NCBI RefSeq assembly: GCF_009914755.1
Contig: NC_060939.1
Length of the DNA: 64,000 nucleotides
Reading direction: 5' to 3' (one strand)
From: the human T2T-CHM13v2.0 reference genome, Homo sapiens
Shown: in pieces, positions 39,353 through 52,625 of the stretch
Numbering within the stretch: the stretch's first letter is position 1
Layout: each line of letters starts with the position of its first letter
Program-made: the position numbers and the translations under genes
Notes under the pieces: generated by a model
Database searches by the model: none
The model's input: the letters and a program-made list of their open reading frames with translations, nothing else
Told to the model about the DNA's origin: nothing

Positions 39353-42300
39353 CAGCACAGTAAACTTGATGATCTACATATGTATATCTTTATAGATGCT
39401 CATCCCACCGTGCTTTGTTGGATCTTCGTTTACTCCTTTTATTTTTTAAACTAGAGTGATCTGTCCTACCTCTAAATAGGCTTCACAAATAAAGACCAGG
39501 AACAAAAGCTCTGAATCTTCACTGCTTTGTACAGTCCTAGAGTTTGCACTTGTAGAATCCACTTGTCTTCTAGTATTATTCACATTCACTTGTCGGCACC
39601 AGGTTGGATCCTGAGATCCAGAGGTAGTGTGAGCAGGGTCCCTGCCCTCTGTTGGGGTGTGCATACCTGAGATTGGGAACTGTTTGGGTTCTGGCTCTCC
39701 TTGCCCAACACAGGTGCTTACTCCTGACCAGATAGTCAAGGCCCGGCATGGTCTGGTCCCCAGGCGGCCTCTGCAGACTTTTCACTAGCCCTTCTGCAAT
39801 CTGGTCAAACGAGACCTTTCTGGCCTTGTCTCCTGCCCGTGTGCCTCTGCCCATGCCGTTCCCCAAACCTGGAATGCCGCTTTTCCTCCCCATCCCTCCC
39901 ACCCTCCCCGCCACTGCACTCAGCCTTCAAATCCTTGATTGTTAACCTTCCTTTTCTAGATGGTTGTGATGTCTCTGTGTTCCTTGCCTCACTGCCCCTC
40001 ATTTATAATGCTCTTTTGCGATCACACCCTTTCTTCCTGTTGGACTTGGAGCTTTGCAGGCAGAGATGTGTCTCGGTCTCCTGGTGCCCCATGCAGAGCA
40101 GTGCCCATCATGGGTGCTAGGCAGTGCCTGTGGAATCCAGAGAAGGGAAGGAAGGCAGCATGGGGGGAAGACTCCCTGCGTGCCAGAGCAGAACAGTCAG
40201 AAACCTGTACCGCCGGTGACTTTGAAAATTAAGAACATCTATGTTGTAGGGTTGTTGTGAGAACTAGGTGTGCCTGGCACATGGCGGGCTCGAAGGACTC
40301 GTCAGTGATTAGTACTTTAGTCCCTTTCCAGTGATTCATCCTCATGGCTGCTCCTGATCTCATGTCACAGTTGGGGAACCTGAGGCCCAGAGAGGCTGAG
40401 GCATTCATCCCAGACACACAGCTAGGAAGTGGCAGAGCTAGGATTTGAACTGAGGTCCTTGATTCCAAATCCCACAGGGAGGTGCACACTGTCCCAAGGG
40501 CCTGTCCTCAAACACACCCAGACACACTAGTCAGGGCCATCCGTGACGGCTCCAGAGTGTCGCCTTCCCAGCCAGTCTCCCAGGCCTGGCGCTGGGACCA
40601 ACCACGTCCGTCTCATGCTAGGAAGTTGACTTGGTTTGGTCTCCTTCCTGCCCTTGTCATCCCTCCCTGGAGGAAGCTAACTCCCTCCCCACCATGCCAG
40701 GCTGTTGAACCCTCCTCTCGAGGGATCATGACATATCAGAGTCAGAAAAGGGGCCTCCTAAATCTTGTTAAAAACATAGATTCCCGGGCTCCACCCAGGA
40801 CCCATGAATGAGAACCTCCAGGGGCGGGGCCTGGGAATCTGGACACGAGGGCAGGAGAAACACTGCCTCTTTAACCCTTTTATTTTTCAGTTGAGGAAGC
40901 TGGAACTCAGATGGGGCGTCTGGATTGCCACGAGGTCCAGTGAGCCTGAGAGCCGGGAAAACCCCTCTCTGGACTCTTACCTGGTCTGTGGCTTCTGTCA
41001 CTTCCTAGCACTGTCCCTGTCCCTCCTGCCCCACCCCCAGCCTCAGAATCTCTAGCAGCCCCGTACAATGGAAGGGGTTGCGAACGGGTGTGCAGAGACT
41101 TTCTGGAAACCAAGCTCTGCTCTCAGACTTCCTGTGTCTTACAATGTTATCTTCAGAATAGGAAACTTTGCCCCATTTTTGCAACGCACATCCTTTGCCT
41201 GAGAGTTGGTGGTGGTGCTGGCCAGCCAGGGCGGGTCACTTTGCAGGCACAGGCAGGGAGTTGTTCCGACAGCGATGTGAGGAAGGACTCTCTCCCTTCT
41301 ACCCACAAGAACAAATAAACAGACCATTTTGCAAAAATAATTCATGTTGGCTGGACTCACCAGGATTATTTGTCTCCGTTCCTTGGGCCTGGTGGTATCT
41401 AGGACGGGGGGCCCTTCCTCCGAGGCAGCAGCCCTAGCTATAAGGCCTTACCCTCCTGGATGACCTTGGATGAGTGATCTCTGCTCTCTGGGCCTTAGTT
41501 CCCTCTTCTGTAAAGGGAGGAGGTCAGGCTGAATGATCTCTAGCCCAGACATTCCCAAGGAATCCTTTAGATTCCCCTGGCTTCCTCCACGTTTCTTTGA
41601 AATACACACGCCCTTGCTGCTAGACGGTACATTCCACGGCACCCTGTACTTTTCAGAGCTTTTACCAACCCAAGAGTGGCATGCCCACCTCACCCCATGA
41701 CATTCACATGGCCCACTGGGGTGGTGTGTGGATTCCCCAGACACCAGAGTCCATTTTGAATTGGGAGCAAGGAAGTGACGCTCAGAACTCCCAGGCTGCG
41801 GCGTCTTCAGGCTTGCAGTCAGCTTAGCCCTAGGCGACTGCTCACCTCCTGCAGGCCAGCAGCAAAGAATGTTTGTGTTCTTCTTCCAGTCTGAGGGAGG
41901 GCTATTTTGATGTGAGAGAAAAAAATAATGCGTGTATAGCCCACTAAAGAACTTGGAACTGACCAGAAGGAAGGAATGATGTTTACAAAAACAAGAGTCT
42001 CCCTGATTTCCTTGGACTCCCCTGTTATTTTCTCCTCACTTCCACCTCCAGTGCCTCCCTTGCCGCACCATCAATCATTCCTCCAGTATGCCTGCGTGGG
42101 TGCATCCTTGCACACAGTAGGCGCTTAGCAAGCGGGTGAGAGGGGCCCTGTCTCAAGGAAACGCCTCTCTGGCATCTCAGTGGCACTTCTGCTGGCTGAA
42201 ACCCAAACCCACAATGAGTGGTTCTTGAAAACATCCTACCCACTCTTTCCCCTCAGGGAATTTGCTTCCAGGGTTTCTGGGTGGAGCTCCCTGTGTTCAA

Positions 42301-45028
42301 GGCCTGGGCAGCCCTCCGTGGTGGGGTGGGAGCACTGTCGGGAGGGGGCACTTTGGGGGAGGCAGAGGTGGTCAGACTCCAGCAAGAAGGACCTGCTGGA
42401 AGTGGTTCTTAGTGGGTCTTCACAAATAAGTGAGTTGGTCTGCCTGTTTTAGAGTAAACGCCATGAGAGGAAAGAGGGCTGAACTCAGTGGATGCTCAGA
42501 TTCCAGACATATAGATAAAGAATCCCTTCCATCAACTGTACCATTGATTAAGGGTCAGCTTCAGAACCCATGGTGTCTGTGGCAGAATGTCCATCTGGTG
42601 GTAGGATGCTTGCACAGTGCCAAGCCCCAACTGTGGTGTTTTTGTTGGTCTTACAATAGCAATTTTTGAAGCCCAAGGGGAAGATGCAGAGGAGTTGGTA
42701 GAGGGAGAGAGAAAAAGGAGTTCACCAATATACCTGGCTTCCCTGTCCCAAAGGAGGAGTTGTCCCCAAAGGACACAGCAGAGAGGTCCCTGCCAGTCTT
42801 GGGATCCCCTTCTGAGCTGCTTCCTTCACGCAGTGGGTACAGTCAGGGTCTTGCTGAACCAGAAGATGTCCAAAGTGCCCTCAAGGCAAGCAGCAGCAGG
42901 GACCCCTTGCACAGTGGGCTCAGTGAGATCTGCTGAGCACCTCCAGAACTAGGAGATGGAAGGTGGAGGGGAAAAGAGCAATCTTCCAGTCTGGTGGCCA
43001 GGCCTGACTCCCTGCCCAAGGTCAGCATGCCACTTGGAGGTGCTCTGCACTCCTCAGGGTTCCTCAGGCTGGTGGGCTGCAGGGTAGCGCCAGGACAGGG
43101 GCACCCTGGGGAGACTGGCGGCTCTGGGTCTCCCTGGCATGGCTCCAGCCCCCACGTGCCCAGAGACACAGGCAGTTGCTCCTGACTTGGTGCCCTTGGG
43201 GACTGGCCCAGCCGGAACCTGCCATTCTCTCGTCAGTGCCGCCTCCCCGACTTGGCAGGGCCGTCTCCTTGAGCTGGAGCAGCCCTCGGTATTTCCAGCT
43301 TGGCCCCCTGCCCACCTCTCTGGGGCCTTGCAGTCTGTCCCTCTCGGGCCAGGACCGACGCACCCTCTCCACGCGATGGCTTCACAGCCTCGCCCGGGGC
43401 CTCTTCCTGCCACTCCACACTCCCCAGCTTATCTGGGGCCCCTCACCTCTGTCCTCTCCAGGGTTGAAAATGCTGCTTCCTCCCAGGGAGAGAACCTGGT
43501 GCCCAGCTAACATGTAAATCACCAAGGAAGCCACAAACAGGCTGTCCTTGGTTTACCTACTGCAGTTAACGCCTGAGGGGTTCCACACAGGGGTGGGGCC
43601 CCACCCTGCCCATTTGGAAAAGCCCGAGTTGGCAGAGCCCCCTGGCCAAACGCCCTAGGCAACGCTGCTTCTTGAAGATGGGCATGGAGATAACTGGGTG
43701 GCATGTTGGCATGCCAGAGCCAAGGGCTGCCACTCCTTCCTGGGCAGCCACTGACTACCAGAGCAGGGCTGAGGCGCCTCGGCCATCCACGGGACTTCCC
43801 TTCCAGATACACAGAGAAAGAACGCTGACAGCTCAGGGGCTCCTCACCAGTTCAGGCTGAGTGAGTGGTGGGTGATTGGAAAGGATACTGTCTAAGAAAC
43901 CAGGTTTTGTGATTTCCAAATACTGTAGACTGTGATACTAACTGGATAATATTTCCCGTTAGAGGTCATGCAGAGATCTGCTTTCGAGAGCAGATAAGAG
44001 CGATTTGTAATTGGTATGCCAGTTGTTTATACAGTGCTAATAGGATAAACAGTTCTCCTGAACCTTATTTATATTTTGCATTTGTTTATCAAAACTTTTT
44101 TTTTTTTACTTCGACCCAGCTGCTTTCGGAATTATTACAAACTCTGGATTTATGAGTCCTAATTAATGGTACTTTATTGTATGTGCACAATAATTTATCT
44201 TGGTGGGATGCGTGCTTTATCCGAAAGCCTCAGTATTTAGGGAAGAGAAGCCAAGAGACAAAAGCGTCCCTTCCTCCCTAGAGTATATGAAGATATGGGG
44301 CCAAGTCATCTGTCTTGTCACATCAAAAGCAGATATAACATGGAATGCAGAAAGCATGAGATTTAAAGATCTTTCCTAGACTATATATCCTAAGGTGCTG
44401 AGTCCTTGGAACTCACAGTTGACAGCTCGGTGGATACTGTGGGTAAGGTTGACATACTGTAAGCTGTGTATGGGCCCAGAGGAGGGAAATGACCAAAAGG
44501 ATACTAGGATACTCGATGGCATTTACCACGTAAGTGTTCGTCCTTGCTATGATAGGTTGCTGCCATCATTTTTGTCCTTCTTTGATCTCACGGCTTCATT
44601 TTGTCTTCCATCCAGCTAGCAGCAAAGGTTCAGCATTGTTGCTGACATCAAGTACCCATTCTAACTTGTAACTTAAAAGGAGGGAAAGACCTTTATTACT
44701 TTTAGGAATTAAAGACACTGCTCAGATTCCACCCCTGGGTTTCACCGCCATAGGGCTCCATTTCACGCCAAGGCTGGTCCCCTTGTTTCTCGGGGTGTTT
44801 GTCCATGCAAAGGCCTCCTGAAAACTTGACCCAGCAAAGAGGGATCACACTCCCATCCTCTCCCTCACCACCCCTGAAGATGCTTGAATGACTTTAATAA
44901 GGCTGAGTTGCAGCCCTCACCCCTGTTATCCCCACTACCCCAGTCACCTGGCACTTTCCTTCAGCCAGCGAGGAGAAAGCGAGTGGATGAGGTGAGAAGC
45001 AGCACCTGCTGTGGCTCAGGCTCAGGAC

Positions 45029-45321
45029 TTCTTTTTTTTTTGAGACAGAGTCTGGCTCTGTCGCCCAGGCTGGAGTGCAGTGGCGCAATCTGGGTCACTG
45101 CAACCTCTGCCTCCTGGGTTCAAGTGATTCTCCTGCCTCAGCCTCCCGAGCAGCTGGGACTACAGGTGCCCGCCACCATGCCCGGCTACTTTTTTGTATT
45201 TTTAATAGAGACGGGGTTTCACCATGTTAGCCAGGATGGTCTCTATCTCCTGACCTCGTGATCTGCCTGCCTTGGCCTCCCAAAATGTTGGCATTACAGG
45301 CGTGAGCCACCATGCCTGGCC
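45029..45321 (-). mobile_element. AluSc8/Y-like
   Basis: ttagccaggatggtctctatctcctgacctcgtgatc. Confidence 0.93.
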
Positions 45322-47758
45322 AGGATTGCTTCTTAACTTTAAGTCTTGGTGTATCCCTTTCCAGCTAGTAAGAATTACCAGAGGGGAGAGCTCATTGATT
45401 TCACTGATTACTCCCTTCCTACACAAACACACAGACCACTGCCTTACTTGATGGGGGAAGATCTCCCCATTTCACAGACAAGAGAAACCGAGTCACATTG
45501 TGGCTTTATGATGATGGGGGCATGCAGGTTGGGTTGGTGCTATGGGATAGAGTTGGGAAAAGCGACTTCTGGGTATTCGGGTTTTCTGCTGTTATTTTTA
45601 ACTCTGGTGTTAGACGTCCTTTCTTGCAGCAGTAGCCACAACACAGGGCTGGGATGTTGTGCGACACTTGATGTAACTCAAAAGTCCCGGCCTGCAAGTT
45701 CCCCACTGAGGAGGAAGTGGTTAGGTGGCCAGGAATGCAACCTGCGCCTCCCAGATTAATTAATAATTGAGAGCTGGCCCCCAGCCAGACGGAGCTGAGA
45801 GAGATACAGTGAACAAAGAGTGGTTAACTACAGTGGGGGAAGGAAAAGTTTGACTTTGCCTGTGGCTAAAAGGGAAATTCACAATGGCCATGATTTATGG
45901 GCTGAATTACTCAGGATCCTCCTTAGTGGGCATGTGCTCTAGGAATGCAGACGCTGGCAGCCTGCAGGGCCATTTGTGCCCATAGGGAAGGGAGGTGGAA
46001 GGGATGGGGGGCAGGGGGCAGGCGCCAGCCTCGTAGAGGAGGTGCAAGTCACAACCGTGGGAGATGTCAGGGAGAGGGACTGTGCTGACTGCCTGTTGGA
46101 ACTAGGTACAGGCTAGAAGTTGAGCACCGTCCAGGACGCACTCTGTGAAGAAAAATGGCAGGAAGAATGTCTGAGGGTCTGGCTGCCCTGGGTTTGGATT
46201 GGGGCTTGTCAGCTGTGTGACTTAGGCTGGGGGTTTAACCTCCCTGAGCCTTCATTTCCTCCTCTGTAAAATGATACCTGCTTCCTAGGATTGTTCTCAG
46301 CATTAAATGAGATGGGATACGTGGACATAGATGCTCAGTAGCCACTGGATTCCCACAGGAGACCCAGTGAGAACAGAGGGTGTCTGAAGCAACCTAAACA
46401 GGGTCCCTATTAGTGAATCTCTGCCAATGTTTGCTGGGCCCATGCATGTAAGTTGCCTGCTGGGTAGACCCCAGCAAGGCTTCTGTGTGATTCAGGAAAG
46501 GCACCCCCTCCTCTCACCTATCACACAGGTCCCTGTAGCTGCAAACAGCCCTCCGGAGGGGGAAACAGTTCTAGAAGGCACTTGGGCATTGCCATCATCG
46601 AGTTCAGCCCAGATGTCTCCCTGGGACTCTTGTCTTTTCTAGAAGAAATCCAGAATTATGAACTGGATCATGGAAAACATAGCATGCCCATCTTCACTGA
46701 AAAGTTAACCTTGGCAATAAAAGACCAAATAGAAGCCGGCTGACAGTTGTGATCACTGCCCTCATGTTATTGCTGTGTTGGTGTTAGTCACACAGTGTGT
46801 GCTCTTATCCAGACACAGGCTAAAGAATTACTCTGAGAAATATGAAACTCTTACTGAGATAATGATTCAACTTCTTCAAGATGCTGGGCGGGAGGCAGTG
46901 GCATTGGAAGGAGCATCTGATCCTGCTTTGTCATTAACCTTGTGGGCCATGGGGTAGTCACCAAACCTCTGTGAGCTTTATATTCCATAAGCTAAAACAA
47001 GGTCATTTATGAATGGGCTTGTAGAATTGGGAAACCTTCCACAGTTCAAAAGAACATCCCACCATCACCATCAATGAGGATAGAACTGCCTTCTTGGCAT
47101 GGGCTGTGGGAACCAAGCTTGGCCTCCTTCTGCCTTGGAAACCAGTCTTAGACTTGGGATAGAGGTGTGGGTCCTGGGGTCTCTGTGGGGCTGTGTCTGC
47201 CTATTAGCCTGGTGGGATGGATATACTGGTTAGCTCCCTCCCTCCTTTGCACCCTTCACCCCTGATCATTGTAACAAGCCAGCTCTTTCCTGGCAGCTTG
47301 GGAGCTTGGGCATGGATGCGTCAAGCAGCTTCAACTTGCCTGCACAGTAGCACAGTCACAGAGAATAGACGGGTGGCCATGGCAGAGCCATGTACTTCTG
47401 CCAAGCCAGTAGGGCATTTTGCAACATTTTTGTTGGGAACGCTTAAGTCTCATGTTACTGCATTCTGTGCAGCAAATATTAGTATTTAATTGTGGATTAA
47501 TAATCTCTCTAGTCAATATTAGCTTTTTGTTAATTATAAAGCATTCCGGTTTGTTCCAGAAACACACAAGAATGATCGAGGCAATCCTCACTTTAAGAAA
47601 ATTCAGTATATAGGCCTCTGCATTCACCAGAGAGGTGTGGATCATGTATTTTTGTATAACAAAAGGCTATTTTAAAGGAAAGGATTTAATGCAGGAATTA
47701 TTATCTAATGTCCCACCTTTGTACTTTTAATTTTGGAGTGATTATCCCAAGCTGCATC

Positions 47759-48084
<326 letters not shown>

Positions 48085-48990
48085 TAAATCGAGGCAGGTA
48101 TATTTGATTTGCAAAGGTCACCTGATTCTGTCTAGTTGGTAAATTAACAACCAACTGGTGTTAGATATGAAGCTTACGTTTGAGAGCTTTGCAAATAAGA
48201 AAACCAGCTTCTCCACCCATTCTTTGGCTCTTCCATTCAAAGCTATGTTCCCTGTTCCATTTACTTTCATAGACTTAGCAAGCCAGAGAAATTAAATCCA
48301 CCCCCATGGCCAGGTAAAATGACTTGTAGACTTTAGGTGATTTTATTTTATTTCATTTTATTTCGAGCCACTGAAACAAGGCTCACACATAGTAAGCTCA
48401 TTTGCCATTCTGTTAACCAGGCTGCATCAGGAGGATCAGCAAATGGGGACAATGGTTCTCCTCACCTACCTAACATCCTGACCTCTGAGCATCAGTAGTA
48501 CTCTCTGTTAAATGGCAACAATAATTGCCACAGTGCCTTTTTCAAACCTGGGGCTGGGTTTGAAAGGAGGCAGATGACTTTTCAAAAGCCCTTCCAGCCT
48601 TTGAGTTTTCATATTCAGCTCTGCATTGCCGAGAGCACCTCTGTTAGGCGACATAGTACCAGGTCCTTGGGGAGGAGAGGGGAGAGCAAGCCAGCTGAAT
48701 CCCAGGCCAGCCTGCTGGTGGATGAATTGGATGGAGACACGTACCCTTCTGTTGACAGCATAAATTTGAGTGTCACAGAAGAGGGGTGTGTGATTCAGAC
48801 CCAGGGGCTGAGGAAGGCTTTCCAAAGGAAGTGACAGTGGTGTCTGGATGGTTAAGCAAGTTTCTGACAAGTATTAGGGAATGGGGAAAGAAACTCCTGG
48901 TCATCGAGTGCCGGGTACTGTTGTCAAGTCCTTCTCGAAAACCCCTTAACCTGTGAGTTAGGTAATCACCTAGAGGAAACCAGCCCCTGG

Positions 48991-49166
48991 CAGGGCCGAC
49001 TCCGCGGGTGTTGGATGTGTGGGGTAACTGAGGGCTGCTGCTCACAGAGGTCTCTGCTTAACGTAATGCTGTGCTTTCACCATCTTGAAAATCTTCCTAA
49101 TTTTGGGACAAGGGGCCCTGCGTTTTCATTTTTCACTGGGCCCTCAAAAGTAGGTAGCTGGTCCTG
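48991..49166. mobile_element. MER91A-like hAT-Tip100 MITE
   Basis: cagggccg ... caccatcttgaaa...acaaggggccctgcgttttcatttttcactgggccc...gtagctggtcctg. Confidence 0.75.
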
Positions 49167-49638
49167 GTTCTCAGAGATGTGGTCACCTGCCCACGGTAAC
49201 ATAGCTGTGAAGATTTGCACCAGTTCACCTCTCCATCATCTGTAGTCTCAGGAAGCATTCCAGATCAAGAGAGTGGATGGATGAAATTCACACTGGGTGG
49301 GGTGTTCAAAGCCCAGGGAGCTAAGCGGCCTGGTGGCAGGAGATGGTGAGGCCAAGGATTTGAGGGAGCTGGGCTGTGGGTACCTTACCTGGTTACCCCC
49401 TGGGACATTTCTACACCAGTGTGGGTGCCTGTTCCTGAGAGCTGAGACAGGCTAATTGAGGGCAATTTTTAGGTACTTTGCTTTTATGGCTTTATATTAG
49501 GTCCAAGAAGAAGTTTAAGGCAGGAGGTTTGCCAATAAAACACATTGTATTTGGGAAATAAAAGACAATTAGAGGTGCCTCAAGTTCTCTCAGCTCTGGG
49601 AACCTGCAAGATGAAGTATGTGCCCAAAGAAGGGCTTT

Positions 49639-49985
<347 letters not shown>

Positions 49986-52374
49986 TGATGCACACCCAGG
50001 CTGTCCCTATCTGAACCCCCAAAGGGCCAATTTTGTCTCTGTGGTCTCAGATTAACCAGGGACTTCAGGGTTGGGTTCAGTTGGTGAACTTGGGCATTTA
50101 ATGCCTGAGATGAGAACTCAGGCCCAGCCTGATGTAAGAACCGGCGCGGCCTGATGTAAGGCCGGTGCGGGCACTGGTTTATATGTGATCCCAGCAGTTT
50201 GGCCATAAGCAGTGCAGACCCATGGAGCTGGGAGGATTTGGGGGCCCCTTCCCATTTCACAACTGCCACCTGGGGACCGAGGTACCCAGCTTCATTGTCT
50301 TGCACACTGTTATTTTAGAACCTTTCCAGGGGCAATAATGAAAGCAAGGCTTTCCCACCCCAGGTGGTCTCTGAGTAAGAAAACAAACAAACACACTCCA
50401 GAGTCCGACTTTATGATAAAACAAAAGAGGACTTGGAATGGGAGCAAAGTTCAGAGGCTTTGTTACAGAAACTGGTTCCTTCTCAAAACGTGGGCTGATT
50501 TTATAATCTGCTTATCTTGCCCTGGCTCTCCCTTTCCACCCTCCTTCCCTCTAGGACACAGGGAACCAGAGTTCCCTCACCTGGGCTCCTTTCCTCCCCA
50601 AGGGCCTGAGGGGGTTCCCTGCCTTGCTTGCCAGGTGGTCTTCTCCTTTTCAGGCTTAAGTAGTTGCAGTTTCTTTTAAGAGGGCAGCACCACTGTTTCT
50701 GGCACAGAGTCTGATGGATGAGTCCTCTGATGGAGGAGATAGCTCTACCACCAGCCTCCGCGTGGCTCTTCGAAGCTATAGCTGCCTGCGGAGAGTGTAG
50801 TGAAGGGAGCTTGTACCACAGAGCCCCGGGACCTGGAGAGAAAAGCCATGCTGTCTGGGCCCAGGGAACCTGGAACAGTCTTAGCGGGTGGGAGACGATC
50901 TCTTTGGCATGGCCAGACCGGTGAGCTGCAGGTGGAGGGCAGGTAGAGGCGTGCTGATGGGAGTGGGGCCTCCGGTTTCATCCTCTGGTGGGTCCCCTTG
51001 CCCGTTGGAGTGGTAAGGCCTAATATCTCCTGGGGAAACGGTCTATGGAGGAGACACTGAGCAGGCCTGTGTAGTAGGAGGACCTGGGTGAATAAAAAGC
51101 TTGTTTTGTGTCAGGGTTGCAAGATGAGTTCATCTGTTCAGGATTTGTTTGAATACTGCAAGAGATAAAAGAATGGAAACCTTACCCATCACAGCCCAGG
51201 CCGCCACTTTGTTCTGCCAGAGAGGTGGGGCCAAGCAGGCTGCAGTCAGGGCGCTGAGGCTGAAAGAAAGGCCTTTCTGCAGAGAAAAGCCGGCAGAAAA
51301 CCCTTGGCCTCCAGAGGGCTGGGTACAGCCCAGCTAGGTGGCCACCGACAGGATACCCCAGATCACTCCTAAACCCCTCCTGCGACTGGGGGACTCTGAG
51401 GACCACCCAAGAGAGCTAAGGGAGCATATGAGGCAGCACCAAGGTGGGCTCAGGGTCGGGATTCCTGCGCTGCACTCTGACTTTGGGTCTGTCCTGAGGA
51501 TGGGGATGATTCTGCCTCCTGGACTTGCACAGTTCAAAAAGGATCATGAATGAAGCGTGTAGAGCGCCTCCCACTTCCCTGGGACTAGCCGGGGCTAGCA
51601 GCCCTTTCCCAAGATCAATTATTATGATTGTAGCCCATCTACAAAATACTCATTTTTGTATTTTAGAAGGGTAGAATGCTTGAGTGTGGGGGAGAAACTA
51701 CACTCAAAAGCCAAAAAGTGTGTTTCCAGGGCTGCATAGGGTACCAGAAACAGCTGTTAAGGTGTGATATTTGAAAAGCCCACCGCCCTCCTAGGAAGAT
51801 GGGCAGCATGTCGTGGGGCAGTGTCGTTAGCACTGTCACCTTCGAGGATCCCTCTTCACGTCCAGTGTTTGCAGAACCCCCACGTGGCTTGGAGTGGATG
51901 TGGCTAGCTTCTTATAGCATGGTCTCTGTGCCATTGCCCTGAAGTCTTCTGGGATTTTGCAGCCCACAGGTTGCAGCCACAGGAGTAATGCAAAGAGTCC
52001 ACATCTCTAAGCCTAGATAGATGGAAGCTCAAATCCCAATTCTGCAGCTTCCTGGCTGAGAGGTTGGGGTATGTTTCCGGACTTTCAGGCCTCAGCTCCC
52101 TCATCTTAAGATGGGAGAATTAACATATGTTCAGGTAGTGCATTTAAAGGGTTTCAGACACTGCCTGGTATTTGGTAAAGGTTTCTTAAATGTGAGCTAG
52201 TTTATTATATTATTATCGTGACTATTATTATTTCCCCTTGATTCTCAACTCCACTGGCACATATTATGTTTGCAGGTGTTACTACTGAATATGAATACCC
52301 TTATGAACTATACAGGCTGAGTCAATCTATCATATAATTTATATACACATGTAGATAAGGCTGCATGATAGTAA

Positions 52375-52625
52375 TAATATTAGTAATCATAATAGCTGTT
52401 AACTTATGCAGTGCCTATTTTGAGCCAGGCATTATTTGACACACTTGAAATTAATCCCAGCACTCTGATGAAGTAACCACTGATTGCATCCCTGTGTTAC
52501 AGGTTAGGAAACTGAGGCCTAAAAGGGTGAAGTCACTCGTCCAAGATTTCACAGCTGCTGAGTGGCAGAGCTGGGATTCACATGCAGGCACCTTTGCTCC
52601 CTAGTCCATTCTTTTAACCCTGTGC
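52375..52625 (-). mobile_element. MIR SINE
   Basis: ttacaggttaggaaactgaggcctaaaagggtgaagtcactcgtccaag...gtggcagagctgggattc. Confidence 0.8.
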
